Assembly: GCA_022791685.1 (NCBI GenBank)
Contig: JAAVZO010000021.1
Location: 93,716 to 157,715 of the forward strand
Length of the DNA stretch: 64,000 bases
Origin: Clostridiales bacterium
GTDB taxonomy: Bacteria; Bacillota; Clostridia; Oscillospirales; CAG-272
Reading direction: 5' to 3'
How positions within the stretch are numbered: the first letter of the stretch is position 1; every line of letters starts with the position of its first letter. Both the position numbers and the translations under genes were made by a program. A model generated the notes under the pieces. The model had not been told where the DNA came from and did not search any database. It saw only the letters and a list, made by a program, of their open reading frames with translations. This document shows, piece after piece, positions 29,743-39,623 of this stretch.

Positions 29743-30612
29743 ATGTCAAAAAGGAAGGGTCTAGGCAGAGGAATGGAATCCATTTTTCTCGACAATTCAC
29801 TGGATGCACCCGAGAGAACCAGCACCCTCCGCATTTCTGAGATCGAACCGCGCCGATCTCAGCCGCGCAAAAGTTTTGACGCGGAATCACTATCACAGCT
29901 CGCCGATTCTATCGCGGCAAATGGACTGATACAGCCGATCATTGTTCGTGCTGTTGAAGGCTCAGATTTTTATCAGATAATTGCAGGAGAGCGTCGTTGG
30001 AGAGCAGCAAAGCAGGCGGGACTTGGTGAAGTGCCCGTTGTAATACTCGAAGCCGACGACCGAAAAGCTGCTGAATATGCGCTTATTGAAAATATACAGC
30101 GTGAGGATCTAAATCCGATTGAGGAAGCACAGGGCTTCCGCTCACTCATTGAGGATTATAATCTCACTCAGGAACAGGCAGCTAAACAGGTAGGAAAGAG
30201 TCGTGCAGCTGTTACAAACTCGCTGCGTCTGTTAGAGTTGCCGGATAATGTGCTCGATTTGATCGCTAATAAGCAATTGAGCGCCGGTCACGCACGTACG
30301 CTGCTTGCGCTAAGTGACAAGTCGATAATATCTGAAGCAGCTAATATAATAGTCAGGGACGAGCTGTCGGTAAGAAGCGCTGAGGCGCTTGTGAAGAAGC
30401 TCAATGCTGAACCTGCGCAAGAGAAGAAAAAGGACCCAGTCGCTGAAAGCTATTATGTATCGCTTGAGAGAAAGATAACTGACACTCTTGGCTGCAAGGT
30501 AAGAATCACTCATTCAAAACGCAGCCACGCGCTCTCGATCACATACAAAAATACCGCTGAGCTTGAATCGCTGATTTCAAAGCTCACAGGCGATACGATC
30601 ACTGATGACTGA
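29743..30612 (+). CDS. parB: Chromosome partitioning protein ParB/Spo0J
   Basis: KGLGRG, QPRK, IIAGERRWRA, ENIQREDLNPIEEA, GHAR. Confidence 0.96.
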   Translation: MSKRKGLGRGMESIFLDNSLDAPERTSTLRISEIEPRRSQPRKSFDAESLSQLADSIAANGLIQPIIVRAVEGSDFYQIIAGERRWRAAKQAGLGEVPVVILEADDRKAAEYALIENIQREDLNPIEEAQGFRSLIEDYNLTQEQAAKQVGKSRAAVTNSLRLLELPDNVLDLIANKQLSAGHARTLLALSDKSIISEAANIIVRDELSVRSAEALVKKLNAEPAQEKKKDPVAESYYVSLERKITDTLGCKVRITHSKRSHALSITYKNTAELESLISKLTGDTITDD

Positions 30613-30649
30613 TAATTTTTAGGACAAAATTACAAGGAGATATACAAAA

Positions 30650-31939
30650 ATGCTTGATATTAAATACATCAAGGAAAATCCCGATGACGTTATTGAACGT
30701 CTCGCGAGAAAAGGCAAGGACGCAAAAGAGGAGATCGCGCACATTCTCGAGCTCGACACAACGAGACGTGCGATGATTTCTGAAAACGAGGCACTTAAGG
30801 CTGAGCAGAACAAGGTATCAAAATCGATTCCTCAGCTCAAGAAGGAGGGCAAGGATGTTGCGCCTATCTTCGCTCAGATGAAGGAGCTCTCGAATAAAGT
30901 AAAGGCAAATGACGACAAGCTTAAGGAAGTAGAGCTTGAATATACAAATCTAATGCTCGGACTGCCGAATCTGCCTGACCCAGACCTGAAGCCGGGCGAA
31001 AAGGAGAATAACGAGCCTATCCGCTATTTCGGCGAGCCGCATAAGTTTGACTTCACTCCTAAGCACCATGTTGACCTCTGCACAAATTTAGGTCTTATCG
31101 ACTACGACCGCGGCACCAAGCTTGCAGGCAGCGGCTTCTGGATTTATAAAGGAATGGGCGCACGCCTTGAATGGGCACTGCTAAATTACTTCATAGACAC
31201 ACACACTGCTGACGGATATGATTTCATTCTTCCGCCGCATATGCTCGAATATCAGTGCGGACTTACAGCAGGTCAGTTCCCGAAATTCGCTGACGAAGTA
31301 TATAAGATCGAGAATCCGACAGATGACCGCACACACTATATGCTTCCGACTGCCGAAGCTGCACTCGCAAGCATTTACCGTGACGAGATTCTGACTGAAG
31401 CAGACCTTCCGAAGAAGTTCTTCTCGTACACTCCTTGCTTTAGACGCGAAGCTGGTTCATATCGTTCGGATGAGCGCGGCATGGTTCGTGGACATCAGTT
31501 CAACAAGGTTGAGATGTTCCAGTACACTAAGCCTGAGGACTCAGACGCAGCATTTGACGAGCTCGTTACAAAGGCTGAAAATCTCGTAAAGGGACTCGGC
31601 TTCCACTTCCGCACCGTAAAACTCGCAGCAGGTGACTGCTCGGCTTCTATGGCGCGCACATACGATATCGAGATTCAGATTCCGTCGATGAATGGCTATA
31701 AGGAAGTTTCATCTGTATCTAACGCACGCGACTATCAGGCTCGCCGCGGTCAGATACGCTTCAAGCGCGAATCGACCGGAAAGACCGAATTTGTTCACAC
31801 ACTCAATGGCTCGGGACTCGCTACCTCGCGTATTTTCCCGGCTATGGTCGAGCAGAATCAGCTTGCAGACGGCAGCGTAGTTGTTCCGGAAGTACTCCGC
31901 AAGTATGTAAACTGCGAAGTTATCAAACCAGTTAAATAA
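30650..31939 (+). CDS. serS: Serine--tRNA ligase
   Basis: MLDIK, LPTAE, FRREAG, HQFNKVE, HTLNGSGLA. Confidence 0.98.
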   Translation: MLDIKYIKENPDDVIERLARKGKDAKEEIAHILELDTTRRAMISENEALKAEQNKVSKSIPQLKKEGKDVAPIFAQMKELSNKVKANDDKLKEVELEYTNLMLGLPNLPDPDLKPGEKENNEPIRYFGEPHKFDFTPKHHVDLCTNLGLIDYDRGTKLAGSGFWIYKGMGARLEWALLNYFIDTHTADGYDFILPPHMLEYQCGLTAGQFPKFADEVYKIENPTDDRTHYMLPTAEAALASIYRDEILTEADLPKKFFSYTPCFRREAGSYRSDERGMVRGHQFNKVEMFQYTKPEDSDAAFDELVTKAENLVKGLGFHFRTVKLAAGDCSASMARTYDIEIQIPSMNGYKEVSSVSNARDYQARRGQIRFKRESTGKTEFVHTLNGSGLATSRIFPAMVEQNQLADGSVVVPEVLRKYVNCEVIKPVK

Positions 31940-31994
31940 TTAACTCTCAACTTAGCAAATCAACGTTGTACGCTTATTTTGAAGGAGGATTCAA

Positions 31995-32555
31995 GTGGAT
32001 TTTTTCAAAGAATTTTTTGAAGCTTTGGGCAATGATCTAAATAAAATCTTCGGCGAAACGATTACGCTTGGAGATAATCCGATAACAACGCTCAACATTA
32101 TAGTTTGGTCGCTTTATATCGGCTTTATTATCGGAATAGGCATCACTGTTTATAATCGCTGTGTACTCGGTACGCTGATACGAAAGCTTATCGAGCGTCA
32201 AGCTTTCAGCGATGGAGGAGCGGTAACCGTAGCCGAACTCGGCTGCGGTAATCCGTTCATCAAGTTCGCTCTGCGCGAAAAGGGAACTCTGAGACGTATA
32301 GTATATATGGTAGGCGATACTCCTGAGACAAGAAAACGCGAAAGCTTTGACACCGCGAAATTTTATCTTCCGGAGCAGAATATACACCGCGCTGAGGTAG
32401 TATATGGAAGCAGTGGAATGAATATCGTATCTGTTCTTTTGTCGGTGCTGGCATTTCTTGTAGTTGTTATGGTAGCCTTCTTTGTCATACCAAATCTGAT
32501 ACAAATGCTGACCAACTTCATCGCCGGTGTTACACCAAACAGCAATATACTTTGA
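31995..32555 (+). CDS. Hypothetical membrane protein
   Basis: GTG start after AAGGAGG; two hydrophobic helices. Confidence 0.75.
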   Translation: MDFFKEFFEALGNDLNKIFGETITLGDNPITTLNIIVWSLYIGFIIGIGITVYNRCVLGTLIRKLIERQAFSDGGAVTVAELGCGNPFIKFALREKGTLRRIVYMVGDTPETRKRESFDTAKFYLPEQNIHRAEVVYGSSGMNIVSVLLSVLAFLVVVMVAFFVIPNLIQMLTNFIAGVTPNSNIL

Positions 32556-32653
32556 TTTAAATTGCATAACAATTTAAATCAAATATACTAATTGAACCGG
32601 AGGTACAATGACAAAATCTCTGCATAAAAGTGATTTTGAACTAACAATATAAT

Positions 32654-33475
32654 ATGGATAACAGAAAATCAGGTCGTCGAACACGTCGTCACCGCAGTAC
32701 ATTCAGTATATTTTTGACTATACTGATAATCGCAGCGATAGCAGTAGGCATCGTCGCCGCAGGAATATACTTCTCAGGCATAAGATATTTTTCGACCACA
32801 ACCGAAGATGGAATGAAGATAAATTATTTCGGACGAGTCGACGCAGAGGGAAAGCCGCTTAACGGCAAGCTCTACTATTCGGACGGAGTTACCGGTGAAG
32901 TTGAGATGGACAAAAACACTATTGTATACTCCAACGGCGATGTGTATGAAGGCGGTCTCAATAACCTGCAAAAAAATGGTCAGGGTAAATTGATATATGC
33001 TTCCGGCGATGTGTACGAAGGAGAATTCGACCACGATATGATCACCGGATATGGCACATATTCATTTTCGAATGGCGATGTGTATGAAGGAAACCTCGTC
33101 GATGGAAAAAAAGAGGGAATTGGTACATACACTTGGGTCGACGGCTCAGTCTATACAGGCGAATATAAGAACAACATGAAAAACGGCGAGGGCAAGTATG
33201 TATGGACCGACGGCTCATCCTATGAAGGTACGTATGTAAACGAGCTCAAGGAAGGCAAGGGCACATACGTATTCCCGAACGGTGACCGATATGTTGGCGA
33301 CTTCGTAGCTGATGTTAGAACCGGAAACGGTGTATACACATGGGCTAACGGAGAAATATATGAGGGCGAATTCCTCAACAACAAGATGTCCGGCAAAGGT
33401 AAATATACTTGGCCAAGCGGACGTATATATGAGGGATATTTCGAAAACGGAAAAATCGTTCAGGAAGAAAACTAA
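32654..33475 (+). CDS. Membrane-anchored MORN repeat protein
   Basis: N-terminal TM followed by 23-aa repeats of the YEGEF....GxGxYxxxNGD type. Confidence 0.92.
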   Translation: MDNRKSGRRTRRHRSTFSIFLTILIIAAIAVGIVAAGIYFSGIRYFSTTTEDGMKINYFGRVDAEGKPLNGKLYYSDGVTGEVEMDKNTIVYSNGDVYEGGLNNLQKNGQGKLIYASGDVYEGEFDHDMITGYGTYSFSNGDVYEGNLVDGKKEGIGTYTWVDGSVYTGEYKNNMKNGEGKYVWTDGSSYEGTYVNELKEGKGTYVFPNGDRYVGDFVADVRTGNGVYTWANGEIYEGEFLNNKMSGKGKYTWPSGRIYEGYFENGKIVQEEN

Positions 33476-33508
33476 AAAAACTGCTGCACTTTTGTGCAGC
33501 AGTTTTTT
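33474..33508. terminator. Bidirectional terminator
   Basis: AAAAAACTGCTGCAC-tttt-GTGCAGCAGTTTTTT between convergent genes. Confidence 0.88.
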
Positions 33509-33843
33509 CATCTGTCATGCTCGTTTACAGTAAGCTTTATCAATAAATCAATATCATCCGGCTGAATCTTTGCGGGATATGCAGCCTTATTTCTGACAGT
33601 CTCGCCACATTTCTCGCAGCGGTATATTATAATATATCCCTTTTTGGGGTCTGGGATAACCTGCACAGGGCGAAGCAATCCACGACAATCGTTGGCGCGG
33701 TCGCCGGGATTTATATCGACGTGCAGTGAGCACAAGCAGCGTGGACAGTGGTCACGAGACGTAACTCCAAGTGGTTTGACCTCATGCCCGCAGTTCGAGC
33801 AGATGAAGCCGTTATCATTTTTTTGAAATCTTTTTTCTTCCAT
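33508..33843 (-). CDS. RNHCP domain (putative Zn-binding) protein
   Basis: FICSNCG, RDHCPRCLCSLHVD..PGDRA..C, CEKCG. Confidence 0.88.
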   Translation of the reverse strand: MEEKRFQKNDNGFICSNCGHEVKPLGVTSRDHCPRCLCSLHVDINPGDRANDCRGLLRPVQVIPDPKKGYIIIYRCEKCGETVRNKAAYPAKIQPDDIDLLIKLTVNEHDR

Positions 33844-33872
33844 ATTTACTACAAATTTCCTCTAATAATTAG

Positions 33873-33902
33873 GTATTCTTTTATTCTGAAGCGGACACAA
33901 TA
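33873..33902 (+). promoter_or_regulatory. Candidate forespore sigma-F/G promoter
   Basis: GTATT-15-GGACACAATA resembles the B. subtilis sigma-F consensus. Confidence 0.4.
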
Positions 33903-33935
33903 AAGCTGAAATTACCGAAAGGAATCAAGGCTTTT

Positions 33936-34424
33936 ATGATACGCACAAAAAAATCAAGCAAAATTTTTGCTCTCATTCTCGCCTTCATTATGGCAGTAGT
34001 GATCACTGCAGCAATGTCGGCGATATCAGTATCCGCGGCAGTAAACGATGAAGGTGGTATGCCATCGGCTGGAGACAGTCTTCCGAACACCGACAACAAT
34101 GGCGGATACAACGATGACAGCGCAAATGACAGCGGTGATAATTCAGACAACCGAATGGGCGGCATCTCGCGCAGCGGGAATGGAATGGCTCGCAGCAATG
34201 ATGAAGGTACCGAAAATGGAAACGGTAACGGAGATAACGATAATAACGCCAACAATAATGATGACAGTGATACAGGAACAGTAGCAGCGCCTCCGCTCGA
34301 AGGCGATAATAGCACAAGCGGCACTGAATCCGGCGGTATCGGTATATGGGGTATTATCATTGCAATTCTGGTCATACTTGCCGTTGTACTGCTCATATTT
34401 GCGTTTCTTCCTAAAAAGAAATAA
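33936..34424 (+). CDS. Exported N/D/G/S-rich low-complexity protein with C-terminal TM anchor
   Basis: Signal peptide, low-complexity middle, C-terminal hydrophobic helix + PKKK. Confidence 0.78.
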   Translation: MIRTKKSSKIFALILAFIMAVVITAAMSAISVSAAVNDEGGMPSAGDSLPNTDNNGGYNDDSANDSGDNSDNRMGGISRSGNGMARSNDEGTENGNGNGDNDNNANNNDDSDTGTVAAPPLEGDNSTSGTESGGIGIWGIIIAILVILAVVLLIFAFLPKKK

Positions 34425-34433
34425 CGTAAGCCT

Positions 34434-34462
34434 AAATCCGATGCTAAAGCATCGGATTTTTT
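34434..34462. terminator. Terminator between convergent genes
   Basis: AAATCCGATGCT-aa-AGCATCGGATTT followed by a T-run. Confidence 0.8.
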
Positions 34463-35855
34463 ATTTTCCGACACAGAAGTGATGGAATATTCCATCAACG
34501 ATATCTTCGGTAACACGCCGTCCGTCAAGCTCACCGAGCTCAGCAAGTGCGGATTCAAGGTCAAGTCCAGCTGTATCCGATGTCAGTCCGGATTCAAGCG
34601 CACACAATGCCGAACATATATATCCATGTGCACGGATAGCTACGGCATTCTGACGCGCGTTGAGTATCATCGCCTGATTATCATAGTCTATATCTCCAAC
34701 TGCAAACAGCCGCTCAACTGTAGCTTTCAGCTCGTCGATTCCTTCACCGGTCTTTGCTGATATTGTAGCAATATTTTCAAAGCTTGAAATGAGTCCGCAG
34801 TCAAATTTTGTCTCTCCCGCGTCAGATTTATTCAGCACTGCGATCTTTGCCGCGTTAAGCTTATCGATGCGTGCAAATAATTCCATATCTTCCACGTCTG
34901 CTTCACGTGTAAGGTCGAACACTGCGACAATAAGCTCCGCATTTTCAAGCTCAGCTATCGACCGCTCGACTCCGATCCTCTCGACTTCATCAGAGGTTTC
35001 GCGTATTCCAGCAGTATCACAGAGCCGCAGAAGCACTCGGCCAAGCTTTACGCTCTCCTCAACTGTATCGCGCGTAGTTCCGGCTATGTCAGTAACGATC
35101 GCTCTATCACGCCCTACAAGACGGTTGAGAAGCGATGATTTACCTGTATTGGGCTTTCCTACAATTACAGTTCGTATACCCTGCGTAACAGCCCTGACAG
35201 CCCCATAAGAGCTGCACAGTGAATCAAGCTCACCGTCGAGCCATCTAAGTTCGGATATTATCTCATCGTCAGACATAAGCGTTAGATCCTCGTCAGGGAA
35301 ATCGACTCCAGCATATACACTTGTTACTACAGATTTAAGCCGCTCGTACAGCTTGTCAGCCTTATCGCGGAATATGCCGCGCTCCTGAGCCGCTGCAAGT
35401 GACAGCTGCTCATCGGTTTCAGCGTCGATAAGCATACCTATCGCCTCCGCCTGTGACAGCGACAGCTTGCCGTTAGTAAATGCTCGGCGGGTAAATTCAC
35501 CTGCACCAGCCTGTACAGCGCCAAATCCAAACACTGCTTCAAGTACACGCTCGGTTATAAGTATTCCGCCGTGACAGCTGATTTCGACTACATCCTCTCC
35601 GGTATAAGAATTCGGAGCACGGAAAATCGTACACAGACCATCGTCTATCCGACGAAGCTTATCCTCACTATCAGTTCTCTGATAGATATAGCCATATACA
35701 GCGTGATTGCTCGGATATTCCTCGAGCGGCTTACCCGATGAAGGCTTGAACATCGCAGAAGCGATATCGACAGCTTCGTCACCGGATATGCGTATTACCG
35801 CGATCCCGCCTCTGCCATATGCGGTAGAGACTGCGGCAATTGTGTTATTAGTCAT
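34461..35855 (-). CDS. mnmE: tRNA modification GTPase MnmE/TrmE
   Basis: GKPNTGKSS, GTTRD, DTAG, NKSD, C-terminal FCVGK. Confidence 0.98.
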   Translation of the reverse strand: MTNNTIAAVSTAYGRGGIAVIRISGDEAVDIASAMFKPSSGKPLEEYPSNHAVYGYIYQRTDSEDKLRRIDDGLCTIFRAPNSYTGEDVVEISCHGGILITERVLEAVFGFGAVQAGAGEFTRRAFTNGKLSLSQAEAIGMLIDAETDEQLSLAAAQERGIFRDKADKLYERLKSVVTSVYAGVDFPDEDLTLMSDDEIISELRWLDGELDSLCSSYGAVRAVTQGIRTVIVGKPNTGKSSLLNRLVGRDRAIVTDIAGTTRDTVEESVKLGRVLLRLCDTAGIRETSDEVERIGVERSIAELENAELIVAVFDLTREADVEDMELFARIDKLNAAKIAVLNKSDAGETKFDCGLISSFENIATISAKTGEGIDELKATVERLFAVGDIDYDNQAMILNARQNAVAIRAHGYICSALCALESGLTSDTAGLDLESALAELGELDGRRVTEDIVDGIFHHFCVGK

Positions 35856-35874
35856 TTTTATTTTTCCTTATCTA

Positions 35875-35942
35875 CAACTTGTCAATATATCCCCGCCCCT
35901 AAGGCAGAATCACCCGTAGGGCGTGGACATATTGACAAGTTG
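35875..35942. repeat. Intergenic inverted-repeat element
   Basis: 14-bp perfect IR CAACTTGTCAATAT / ATATTGACAAGTTG with a GC-rich imperfect inner stem. Confidence 0.7.
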
Positions 35943-36003
35943 AAAAATGGCTGTATCATTTTGAATGACCTCAAAACGATACAGCCCGTTTTATTTACTA
36001 TTT

Positions 36004-36969
36004 TTACGAATCGGATGAATCGTTGTCATCAGACGAGCCTACAAGACTGTTAATATAGTCGTCAAAGCTCTTGAACTTTGTCGGCTGCTCGCGCTGCGGA
36101 CGCTCCTTCGAACCATAAGTCGATATCAGATCTGACAGCTCCTCAGCGGTGAGATCATCTCCGTCGTTATACTTCGGAGTCACCGGCTTCTGAGGCTGCT
36201 CCTTACGCTTCTGGGAACGAGCTGGACGCTCCTTCTCCTTGCGCTTTGATGAGCTCGCCGATTTCTCTCTGCCATCGTTTCGATTGCTGCTATTCTTATC
36301 TCCGCGCTCACGATTTGGTACGCTGAATCCTTCACTTTCGAGATATACGACTACACGTCGATTGTTTTCAGAACCAATAGAATTTGTTGAAACACCTTCG
36401 ATATTCTGTATCTCTGAATGTATTATTCTGCGTTCATATGGCGGCATAGGCTCAAGCATAACGCTTTTCTTATACTTCTTGACTCTCTGGGCCATACGCT
36501 GTGCAAGCGCACGAAGCGTCTGCTCGCGCTTACCGCGGTAATTTTCAACATCGACCGTGATATGCACATAATCGCGTGATTCGTCTTCCTCGCGCTTATT
36601 TGCTGCAAGATTTGTGAGATACTGCAGTGCGTCGAGCGTATCTCCGTGATGTCCGATAAGCACGCCTGCCGCTTCACCATTTACTTTGATCTCGCGGTCG
36701 CTCTTTTTAAGAACATTCATCTCGACTTCGGCTTCAATATCCATATTTCTCAGCAGCGTATCAATAAATTCTTTCGCTACCAAAGCTCCCTCGCGGGAAT
36801 ATATGACCTTTAGCTTTGCCGGAGCAGAACCTATACCAAGGAATCCTGATTTCTCCTGCTCGACTATTTCATAAGTCAGCTTGTCAGCAGGTATCCCGAG
36901 CTTTTCGGAGGCTTCAGCGAGAGCTGAGTCAACCGTCTTTCCGCTTATAATCATTTCCTGTTTCATCAT
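36004..36969 (-). CDS. jag: RNA-binding protein Jag/KhpB/EloR
   Basis: Jag_N (GKTVDSAL, GFLGIG), KH (LIGHHG.TLDALQYL), R3H (ERRIIH). Confidence 0.95.
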   Translation of the reverse strand: MMKQEMIISGKTVDSALAEASEKLGIPADKLTYEIVEQEKSGFLGIGSAPAKLKVIYSREGALVAKEFIDTLLRNMDIEAEVEMNVLKKSDREIKVNGEAAGVLIGHHGDTLDALQYLTNLAANKREEDESRDYVHITVDVENYRGKREQTLRALAQRMAQRVKKYKKSVMLEPMPPYERRIIHSEIQNIEGVSTNSIGSENNRRVVVYLESEGFSVPNRERGDKNSSNRNDGREKSASSSKRKEKERPARSQKRKEQPQKPVTPKYNDGDDLTAEELSDLISTYGSKERPQREQPTKFKSFDDYINSLVGSSDDNDSSDS

Positions 36970-37008
36970 TAACACTCCTTTCCATCAAAATTGGAACACG
37001 TCTAATAT

Positions 37009-38157
37009 TTACTTGTCGTTTCGTTTATCGTCCTTCAACTTCGGAGCTTCATCAGGCGATACGCCTTCCTTGAGCTTCGGTCTGCCGTCGTCTTCCTCGT
37101 CATCAGCGCTATCAGATGAAGTAGATGTTGTCTCGTCTTCGTCATCTTCATCGTCTATACGATGGAGTGAACGTACCTTCTGCATTTTCTTCTGCTGCTT
37201 TTTCGACATTGATTTTATATTCAATTCTCGCTCTGCTGCTTTATAATCCTCATCGGTAAACTTCGGTATAGGAAGCATTTTCGACAGTATAAACTGCTGA
37301 ACAAGGCTTAGAATATTGCGGAAGATCCAGTAAAGACCGATCGCAGCAGCAACTGTGAATGTGATGTATACCGAGAGAAGCGGCATTGAAAGATTCATTA
37401 TCTTCATCGAAATGTCGTTCTGTGCCTCAGGATTAGGATTATACATAAGCTTACGAGTAAGCCATGTGCTGCCGAGCGTTACGACGAGCGTAAGCAGCGG
37501 GATGAGCAGCAACAGGCTGAAGTTGGTAAAGCTCGGTATCTGAGAGAGATCGAGCATACCACCGAAAATAGTAAAGTTAGGAAGTACTTCCTCGGTAATA
37601 GCTGATCCGCTTCCATCAACGAAATTCGATACGCCAAGCTCGCGCATTTTCGTGATAAGGTCGATCTGACGCACGCTTCTGCCTGCCTCAAACATCGCAT
37701 ATGCCGATTCTTCAGCACCTGAAGCTATCAGCATTTCATATATCTTAGCCTGAATGTTATTGATAACGTCAACACTGAAGCTGCAAATATATTTCAGAGG
37801 ACTTGTAACAACATTATACAGCGAGATAAGTATCGGGAACTGAATGAGCATTGGTAAGCAGCCGCCCATCGGGTTGAAATTCTCCCGCTGGTAAAGCGCC
37901 ATGATCTCCTCGTTCAGCTTCTGCTGAGTCGGCTTGTCCGTCCGTCCGGCATACTTTTTGCGTATAGCCATTTCTTTTGGACGCAGTGAAGCCTGCTTCA
38001 CCGAATTTTTCTGCTGTTTGATACCAAGCGGAAATAGGATAACCTGAAGTATCAGCGCAAATAAGAACAGCGCCAACGCATAGTTATGCGTAAGTTGATA
38101 GCTTATCTTGATTATCCAGCCGAGCGGTATATTTATTATATCCCAAATACTGCTCAT
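37009..38157 (-). CDS. yidC: Membrane protein insertase YidC/SpoIIIJ
   Basis: LFPLGIKQQK, NPMGGCLPMLIQFPI, GLYW. Confidence 0.95.
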   Translation of the reverse strand: MSSIWDIINIPLGWIIKISYQLTHNYALALFLFALILQVILFPLGIKQQKNSVKQASLRPKEMAIRKKYAGRTDKPTQQKLNEEIMALYQRENFNPMGGCLPMLIQFPILISLYNVVTSPLKYICSFSVDVINNIQAKIYEMLIASGAEESAYAMFEAGRSVRQIDLITKMRELGVSNFVDGSGSAITEEVLPNFTIFGGMLDLSQIPSFTNFSLLLLIPLLTLVVTLGSTWLTRKLMYNPNPEAQNDISMKIMNLSMPLLSVYITFTVAAAIGLYWIFRNILSLVQQFILSKMLPIPKFTDEDYKAAERELNIKSMSKKQQKKMQKVRSLHRIDDEDDEDETTSTSSDSADDEEDDGRPKLKEGVSPDEAPKLKDDKRNDK

Positions 38158-38213
38158 CTTGTTGTTGTAAACACTCCTTAATTTTTTATTTTCAGAAATC
38201 AAAGATGGTAAAA

Positions 38214-38444
38214 TCAGCGATTTCTTTTTTTCTTTTCGGGAACGGGATCATACCCGCCCTTACAGAATGGGTTACAGCGCAGAATCCTCCACACCGTCAG
38301 CGCAAGCCCTACAATAAAACCGCGCTTTTCAAATGCCTCGATCGCATACTGCGAGCAGGTCGGAACGAACCGGCAGCATGGCGCTTTCAGCGGTGAAAGA
38401 TATTTTCTGTACAGCTCGACGAGCCATATGGCAATATGTTTCAT
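38214..38444 (-). CDS. yidD: Membrane protein insertion efficiency factor
   Basis: [31 protein letters not shown]. Confidence 0.97.
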   Translation of the reverse strand: MKHIAIWLVELYRKYLSPLKAPCCRFVPTCSQYAIEAFEKRGFIVGLALTVWRILRCNPFCKGGYDPVPEKKKRNR

Positions 38445-38839
38445 TTTTGATTTTGTTTTGTTAAGAGCCGCCGGAAAGCAGCTGTCATATCCTTTTCTAT
38501 ATCCTGCGACTTTGCATTAAGTATAGAAGCGCGGGCAACTATAACGATAAGATTTCCCTTTCGAATATTCTCACCACACGCAGAGAGACTTTTCTGGGCC
38601 ATACGATATCCCTCGCGTATTATTCTCTTTGCGCGGTTTCGTATTACAGCATTTCCAAGCTTTTTGGTTACGGTTATACCCACACGGTTGCAGCGTTGAC
38701 CGGATGGATCCGCCTTTGCAATTCGTGCAGCAGCATAATCTGGCAGGGTATACACTACGACGCAGCGTCCGACGTACTTTTTTCCCTTTGAATAGGCTTT
38801 TGAGTATAGATGATTTTCGCGTATTGCGCGCAGCTTCAT
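38441..38839 (-). CDS. rnpA: Ribonuclease P protein component
   Basis: [21 protein letters not shown] (RNR motif). Confidence 0.96.
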   Translation of the reverse strand: MKLRAIRENHLYSKAYSKGKKYVGRCVVVYTLPDYAAARIAKADPSGQRCNRVGITVTKKLGNAVIRNRAKRIIREGYRMAQKSLSACGENIRKGNLIVIVARASILNAKSQDIEKDMTAAFRRLLTKQNQK

Positions 38840-39090
38840 TGTATTCCTTTCCCCACGTAGCTATTTAGAGCGTTAGTTATGATATATTACAATAAAAACC
38901 CCCGAAATACGGGACATTTCCCCGAGCTCTTCGGCGGTTCATCGAATTGCTATAAAAGCTTAAATTGACGGCAAAGTCAGATACGACCCAATGATAATGA
39001 AATGATCGGGAAGTATCTGTCCCTGCGGCAATCTAATCCGGCGCGGATATCCTGTTGTTTGTAAAGGATATACATTCGCTTGGCAGTAAC

Positions 39091-39225
39091 TCAGTATGTG
39101 AGTCTCTTTCTGCCCTTTGCGCGTCTTCTCTTGAGCACCTTTCTTCCGTCAGCGGTTCTCATTCTCTTTCTGAAACCATGCTCAACCTTTCTCTGACGCT
39201 TCTTCGGCTGGTAAGTTCTAAGCAT
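39091..39225 (-). CDS. rpmH: 50S ribosomal protein L34 (absent from ORF track)
   Basis: Hand translation [44 protein letters not shown]; SD AAGGAGG. Confidence 0.98.
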   Translation of the reverse strand: MLRTYQPKKRQRKVEHGFRKRMRTADGRKVLKRRRAKGRKRLTY

Positions 39226-39623
39226 TTTGGCACCTCCTTAGCTATATTGAATCTTATATCTCCGTACCGTTATGTTGTAACGTAATCGGCGCGGGGCTAT
39301 ATTCATGCAGTAATTGATCCTACTGTAATTTAAAATCACAGAATAACACCTATTATTATACACAACAATGATAGGGTTTGTCAAGGGCTTTTTAAAAAAA
39401 AGTGGAATATCCGAAAAAAATTCACTAATTCATCCCGTCTTCACCTTTTTACAGCTCTGTCCGCCAGCTTTTAATTTTTAATTAAAAATTATCTGTAATA
39501 TGCTACAAATAGCCGCTTTTGCTCTTGATTTATTAAAAAAAATATGATATAATAATTGGTGATATATATTTAGATGTAATAAAACTAAAATAATGCGTCA
39601 AAAATCCGGAAAGGAATCTATAA

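Noticed and set aside
32930-33460. 69-nt periodic repeats (GGCGATGTGTATGAAGG) as a possible CRISPR-like array
   Set aside because: They are in-frame MORN protein repeats; no cas genes
33881-34564. 227-aa minus-strand Ser/Leu/Pro-rich ORF
   Set aside because: Shadow of the low-complexity plus-strand gene; runs across a terminator
39055-39285. 76-aa plus-strand ORF
   Set aside because: Antisense to rpmH
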